Shown: in pieces, positions 58,927-64,000 of the stretch
How positions within the stretch are numbered: the first letter of the stretch is position 1
How the letters are laid out: each line of letters begins with the position of its first letter
DNA from: Thermoplasmata archaeon
GTDB taxonomy: Archaea > Thermoplasmatota > Thermoplasmata > Thermoplasmatales > GCA-001856825
Length of the DNA stretch: 64,000 bases
Assembly (NCBI GenBank): GCA_021817415.1
Contig: JAKAUZ010000030.1
Coordinates: forward strand, 5,224-69,223
Direction: 5' to 3'
Made by a program: the position numbers and the translations under genes
Notes under the pieces: generated by a model
The model's database searches: none
What the model saw: the letters and a program-made list of their open reading frames with translations, nothing else
What the model was told of the DNA's origin: nothing

Positions 58927-60069
58927 TCAGGCAAACGTGGATACCTGTGAGAGAGGACCAATGCCGACATTGTCGAATACCTCATGGGTTATTATGAAAC
59001 TCTGGTTGATCACATTGAAGTCTATGGTATAAACTACGTTGATGTAGTCAAAGGCACTGGTGTTCGATGAACTCTGAACCACGAACTGTATGTCTGCGGT
59101 CACTGTTCCTGAAACAGCGCTGCCCTGTGTGAAGTTCACGGTTATCAAGGGGGGCGCCTCCGAATAGAACCATATAGCATTCCAGAGTCCGAAGAATTTT
59201 GTCCACACAGACTGTATCTGCGAATAATTTGTGTAGTTTCCAGCAAGTTTGCCTCCAATCCACTGCAGTGATGAGTTCTGCATGTACTGCGACATAACGA
59301 GCGAGATGTTCTCAATGGCAATATTGTTCCAGTGTGAAAACGAAGCATTCATCATAGCCTCCGTTTGAAGACTCTCAACCTCTTTCGCCGAATAGGATAA
59401 AACTCCAACACTAATTATATGCCATACCTCCATGACTATCAGCGGCTTTCCACCGAAATAATGCATCTCAATTGTATAGTTAGTCACAATTGTATTTACC
59501 TGCTGCGGTGTGGCGAGGGATGTCAATACCCATTGCACTGTGGCACTCACTGTATAAATACCCCCACTAGTGGCGACCACTGGTGGCGATTCCGTATAGA
59601 ACCATACTGCGCTCCATAGCCCGAAGAACTTGTTCCATGTGGACTCTATTGAATTCAGACCAGAGTATGTCCCTGTGAGTGGGCCGCCTATCCACATCAG
59701 AGTTGCATTGGGCGTGTACTGAGGTGCAAGGAGCGTTGCGTTTTCAATTGCTATGTAATCCCAGTGAGCAAACGCCTGGTCCAGGACAACGTTAGTCTGG
59801 TTGTTTTGAAGATCGGTATTCAGCTGAGATATGTTGCCGTTTAGCTGTGAAATCTCGCTCTGCAGTGTCTCGTAGTTTGACTTGAGTGATGTGTAATTGG
59901 ATGCTAGTGCAGAAACCTGCCCGCTTAGACCAGCTACCTTCTGATCCAGTGAACTGTTGCTACTCCTGAGGCTATTTGACAGTTCCACTTCGGCTGCATA
60001 CGCATAGCCCAGTACAGCGGCCACTATCACCAGAACCAATATCACTCCTATTGCTGCCTTTCCATTCAA
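58927..60069 (-). CDS. membrane-anchored exported protein: coiled coil plus two tandem SnoaL/NTF2-like repeats
   Basis: N-terminal TM, heptad Leu repeats, duplicated AF.HW..IAIEN...QY..N..L.WIGG.L.G.Y....I...W.KFFGLW.A.WFY.E.PP. Confidence 0.78.
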   Translation of the reverse strand: MNGKAAIGVILVLVIVAAVLGYAYAAEVELSNSLRSSNSSLDQKVAGLSGQVSALASNYTSLKSNYETLQSEISQLNGNISQLNTDLQNNQTNVVLDQAFAHWDYIAIENATLLAPQYTPNATLMWIGGPLTGTYSGLNSIESTWNKFFGLWSAVWFYTESPPVVATSGGIYTVSATVQWVLTSLATPQQVNTIVTNYTIEMHYFGGKPLIVMEVWHIISVGVLSYSAKEVESLQTEAMMNASFSHWNNIAIENISLVMSQYMQNSSLQWIGGKLAGNYTNYSQIQSVWTKFFGLWNAIWFYSEAPPLITVNFTQGSAVSGTVTADIQFVVQSSSNTSAFDYINVVYTIDFNVINQSFIITHEVFDNVGIGPLSQVSTFA

Positions 60070-60494
60070 TCAATCACCTGATCAATGAATATTCGGTGCA
60101 TAAATACAGTTATTCAGATTTGTATACAAATCTTGCAAAAAACTTCAAAAGTAGCGTCAGTCACAAGATAGACTTAGCATATGTCATAACTTTCAGGGAG
60201 GAGTCCTACTGTGGCATTATCTAGATTGAGAAATAACCTCTATCCATGATTATCTCGCTTCCAGTTACAAAGATGAACTTTCAAATGTTGGTAAAGCAGC
60301 CAACCTCAGGAAAGGCATTTAGGCATTCCTCATAGACTGTTTCCTTAAAGTAATATTACTTAACGGAGGAGAGTTTAAACAGTTCCATCATTTTAGTGCA
60401 ACAGAGTCGAGAATGTCCATACCTTCAGGTTCTTTAGGAAGAAACCAACCAATGTCTGACGAAGCCCAGAGCCAGAGCGGGCTGCAATGTATAT

Positions 60495-61688
60495 TCACTT
60501 TGCAATCACGGCACCTGACTTTCTCTCTGCTCTGAAGTTGACATTTAATGCTATCATGATGATGAAAATGAGAACGAGAATGCCAGCAAAAGTGAAGTCA
60601 AATCCATACTTTTGTATAATAGATCCCCCTACTAGAGGGAGAATTATTCCTATTGCAGTCATGACAGAAAAGAAGTAGCTATTTGCAATATTTCGTTCCA
60701 TTGGTTCAAAGGACCTGTATATCGAAAGTATCGAAAGTGGATACGTAAATCCATGAGGAATGCCCAGAACGACCAGAGACAGAACAAAAATGAGAACATT
60801 CCTTGAGAGAACCATCATCGAGATGCCAATCAGAGAGAGAGTCATTGCAATGACCATTTGCCTCTTGATGCTTTTCGGAGGGATGAATGAGAGATACATC
60901 CTGGACATAAAGGATGAGAGGAAGAAGAGAGAGAAGAACAGCGTAACAAGTGAAAGTGAGATGCCATAAGTGTCCCGTTCATAAATACCTCCGAAGGCAA
61001 TTAAAAGAGTGAAAGGAATGTTGTAGGCCATTATGTTCAGGATGGAGGACCTGAAACCATAATTTCTGAAAACTCTGACTTTAACCTTTAGTCTGCTCTC
61101 CTCTGGAAACTTAATGAATGGGGAAAGGGAAACAGAAACAATGGCAAATGAGGAAAAGATCAAGAACGCAGTTCTCAGAGAATAGAATTTCAAGACATAG
61201 GATTCAAGCGCTGGACCAGCTACAAGCGAAAGACTGAGTGCAACAGTGTACAATGACAAAACCCTTTCTATCATCTTTGGGTCCCTGAACAGACTCGCAG
61301 CAGTAATTATGTTTGGCATTATCAGGCCTAGAACCCCTCCTGAAATCGCTGAAAGGATCCATATTGAAATGAAACTCGATCTCCAAAATCCAATAAATAC
61401 GACAGCATAAATCAGGTTAGCGAGGATAAAAGCAATCCTTCTTTTCTTGGCATCAAGCCTGACGTTCAAGATAGATGTCGTCAGAAAAGTACTGAAATAA
61501 CTTAATGCAGAAATAATACCCACTTCAGTTTGAGAAAAATCAAGGTAATACTTTGCCAGCAGAGGCACTGACGTAACCATCATATTGTTGCTGGCCCTGA
61601 TAAAAAACGTCGTGGATAAAATAATTAAGATTGTTATGAGAACCGATTCTTTGGATGCTCCATTACCTCTATCGCCATTATTGGTCAA
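60495..61688 (-). CDS. MFS transporter
   Basis: 397 aa, about 12 TM. Confidence 0.85.
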   Translation of the reverse strand: MTNNGDRGNGASKESVLITILIILSTTFFIRASNNMMVTSVPLLAKYYLDFSQTEVGIISALSYFSTFLTTSILNVRLDAKKRRIAFILANLIYAVVFIGFWRSSFISIWILSAISGGVLGLIMPNIITAASLFRDPKMIERVLSLYTVALSLSLVAGPALESYVLKFYSLRTAFLIFSSFAIVSVSLSPFIKFPEESRLKVKVRVFRNYGFRSSILNIMAYNIPFTLLIAFGGIYERDTYGISLSLVTLFFSLFFLSSFMSRMYLSFIPPKSIKRQMVIAMTLSLIGISMMVLSRNVLIFVLSLVVLGIPHGFTYPLSILSIYRSFEPMERNIANSYFFSVMTAIGIILPLVGGSIIQKYGFDFTFAGILVLIFIIMIALNVNFRAERKSGAVIAK

Positions 61689-62026
61689 AAAGTGATTACC
61701 TCGTATCCATTGTTTACAAAATAAGCCAACCTTTTTCCAAATGGAAGAAGGCTAACATTCATAGATTTCAGTTTCAATTCTACGTCGAATTTCTTGGCAA
61801 CAAAGACGCAGGCTGAGTCTAGTGCACCTGAGTTCACAATCTCGTTAAATGCGGCCTTCCCCTCTCCTTCTAAATTTGCAACAAACTCTTCACTTGGTCC
61901 ATACAGAAGAACCTTTGCATCCTCATACCTATTTGACTTTATTTGCCTCGATACAGTCATAAGTGACAGGTAGGCCCTCTCCGGGGCCTCCTTGCCAGTC
62001 ATCAGTAGAAATAATACCTTCGCCAT
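61685..62026 (-). CDS. DsrE-like protein
   Basis: KVLFLL.TG, KVLLYGPSE, AC, GYEVITF pattern. Confidence 0.7.
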   Translation of the reverse strand: MAKVLFLLMTGKEAPERAYLSLMTVSRQIKSNRYEDAKVLLYGPSEEFVANLEGEGKAAFNEIVNSGALDSACVFVAKKFDVELKLKSMNVSLLPFGKRLAYFVNNGYEVITF

Positions 62027-62213
62027 ATTTCAGTAATCGTTTCAAGTATATTAAATATATTTGCACACGCTAAGTAACCAATGAACATGATACTAATCAA
62101 GGTCACAATATTTTCTTTATGACATCTTCTGTTACACGTTTTGCCGGAATAAATGGTTCTTAAACGCATTGAAAAGGATAGTATAGACTAGTGTAGCTGA
62201 AGTGAGATATTGA

Positions 62214-62657
62214 TTATGAAGCAACCTTTTTGACCTTCAACGTTGCGTTATCTTCCAATATCCCAACAACCTCCACCGTATCTCCTACGTTCGTGATTGA
62301 ATCGCATATGAAGCTCCAGTCCTCATTCGAAATATTGGCAGATCCCTTGATACCAGCCTCTGCCCCTTTTGATACTTTGCCGCTCTTATTCAGCAAGGTT
62401 TCGTTATGGAAATATTTCTTGTGAATTTTCTTGACTACAGTTAGCCTGAAACCGACAAAGAGAATGATTGTTAGGGGGTAAAATATACTTGCAAGCACAA
62501 GTAAGAAAGTATTTTTTTCGCCTGATAAAAAATATTCTATTAGGAGATATGTAGAGAAGATAGCCATCAGAGTCAATATTGCTAGAGTTCTGTAACCATA
62601 TTTTACTATTAGTGGTGAAACTTCTCTTCTCATAAGGTTCATCAATCTTACTTCCAA
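62214..62657 (-). CDS. NfeD-like membrane protein (2 TM plus C-terminal OB fold)
   Basis: G.ANISNEDWS......VGD.VEVVG....TLKV. Confidence 0.7.
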   Translation of the reverse strand: MEVRLMNLMRREVSPLIVKYGYRTLAILTLMAIFSTYLLIEYFLSGEKNTFLLVLASIFYPLTIILFVGFRLTVVKKIHKKYFHNETLLNKSGKVSKGAEAGIKGSANISNEDWSFICDSITNVGDTVEVVGILEDNATLKVKKVAS

Positions 62658-63245
62658 TTTAAGCTTAATGACGACGAGAGTGCTTGTAAGTTTTACATAT
62701 GTAACTGTCTATTGAACTTTCTTGGGGAAGTATCAGTCCCTGTTTATTTACCGATACCTTGCCGTAGAGAAATGGATGATTGATCTCCGCTGCATACTGG
62801 TATAGTCAACACTGGTCAAAAATCAAAGGCCATTTATTACTATTTAGCATGAAACAGGGTCCTCCGTGCAGATAGGTATAGGCTATAGTTGCATGGCTGC
62901 TCATGACCACTGGTTTCATGCCGCTGATGTCATTAGGAATCCTATCTGGCAAATTGCGAGAAACAACAGGGACCTATTGGGGGAATGACTCCGTCTTATG
63001 GCTGCCGTGGATATCAGGATGGCGCCAAGATAATTTTAATTCCCGCGTTAGGACTCACAACATTCTAGTTACCTATGGGCGCAGCAGTCATCAACTGTTT
63101 CATCCTGATCTTCCCACCGAATTTCTTGGCACTGGCAGCTAATATTCTTCCCCCTTGAATGGTCACACTTGCTAAAATATGCTCTCATTATTTCAAAAGA
63201 GTTGTGATGATGATTAACCCGGAACAAATAAAGTTCGCTGGTCCC

Positions 63246-64000
63246 TCAGATATCGCTCGTCCTTATGTTGTTGTAATCTTCCTCTTCCATGCTCCATCCC
63301 CAAGCTCCAATGATTTCCTTCACATGCTCCAGACTCTCCGTCTTCGGGATGGGGATCACATTCTCTTCCCTCATAAGATATTTCAATGATACCTGCACGG
63401 GCGTCTTTCCATATTTTTCCCCCACTTTCTTCAGAATTTTATTGCCAGAAACATTTCCATTTTCTATTGGAGTATACGCTACGACTGCCATATCATTCTT
63501 CTTGCAGTACGGCAGAATGTTTTTTTCAGCCTCCTTTGTAGAAACATTGTACTTCACCTGGTCGCAGACAATCTCCGTGCTTCTGGTAGATTGTCGCGCA
63601 GTTTCCATTTGTTCGACTGAAAAATTGCTAACTCCTATGTACCGCGAAAGCCCCTCAGAATACACTGCCTCTATGTTCCTAACCTGATCCTCGATCTTCA
63701 TTTCGTTATTTGGCCAGTGGATGAGTATGAGGTCTGCAGCCTTGATTCCCAGTTTTTTCAGTGAGGAACGTGCTGCCTTGAGTGTTCTTTCCCTGGTCAC
63801 AAGATTTTTTGGCCATATCTTTGTTGTGATGAACAGGTTGTCCCTCCCTAGCTCACTGATGACTCTTCCCACGAAATCCTCTGTATTGTAGATCTCTGCT
63901 GTATCTATGAAGTTGATCCCTCTTTCAAATGCATATTCAAAGGCCCGGGCCGCATTTTCGTAACTCTTGATTCCCCACGTCCCCAATCCTATCGCTGAAA
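63246..64000 (-). CDS. aldo/keto reductase (5' end beyond the window edge)
   Basis: GTWG, IDTAEIY, DLILIHWP, IGVSNF, AYTP, IPK. Confidence 0.93.
   Translation of the reverse strand, partial: SAIGLGTWGIKSYENAARAFEYAFERGINFIDTAEIYNTEDFVGRVISELGRDNLFITTKIWPKNLVTRERTLKAARSSLKKLGIKAADLILIHWPNNEMKIEDQVRNIEAVYSEGLSRYIGVSNFSVEQMETARQSTRSTEIVCDQVKYNVSTKEAEKNILPYCKKNDMAVVAYTPIENGNVSGNKILKKVGEKYGKTPVQVSLKYLMREENVIPIPKTESLEHVKEIIGAWGWSMEEEDYNNIRTSDI

Noticed and set aside
60221-60280. FVTGSEIIMDRGY, resembling an SDR C-terminus (minus strand)
   Set aside because: Too short to support a pseudogene call without a search
62880-63142. Possible CAAX-protease (Abi)-like remnant (GILSGKLRETTGTYWG)
   Set aside because: Weak resemblance; catalytic motifs absent
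109-63687. Numerous antisense or nested ORFs of 60-200 aa within well-supported genes
   Set aside because: Shadow frames of real genes with no independent motifs

Overview
Archaeal chromosome segment, most consistent with a Thermoplasmata/Thermoplasmatales-like organism (aEF-1A, aEF-2, Taw1, archaeal AlaRS, tRNAs without encoded CCA); taxonomy is inferred from recalled protein signatures only. Core blocks are the str operon (rps12-rps7-fusA-tuf-rps10), an 11-subunit complex I-like nuo operon without NuoEFG, two different succinate:quinone oxidoreductase operons in tandem, tRNA-modification genes, alaS and lipid/quinone genes. The second SDH looks like mycobacterial Sdh1 (type F) and is followed by an unannotated coupled 56-aa membrane ORF. 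There are three tRNA genes (Leu-CAA, Leu-TAA, Gln-TTG), each with accessory or decayed DNA at its 3' side. Next to tRNA-Leu(CAA) lie an intN-like ORF reading through the tRNA, a frameshifted type I-G cas7 relic, and a TRASH-regulator metal module with a repeated CATAAYGTT motif. Next to tRNA-Gln lie enoyl-CoA hydratase and IS66 debris, then a complete shikimate/Phe/Tyr operon with AroE-AroK and AroA-AroC fusions. Several micro-ORFs below the ORF-track cutoff were found by hand (SHOCT protein, C2H2 finger, SDH-linked membrane peptide). No CRISPR array or rRNA was seen. All family assignments come from motif recognition, not database searches.
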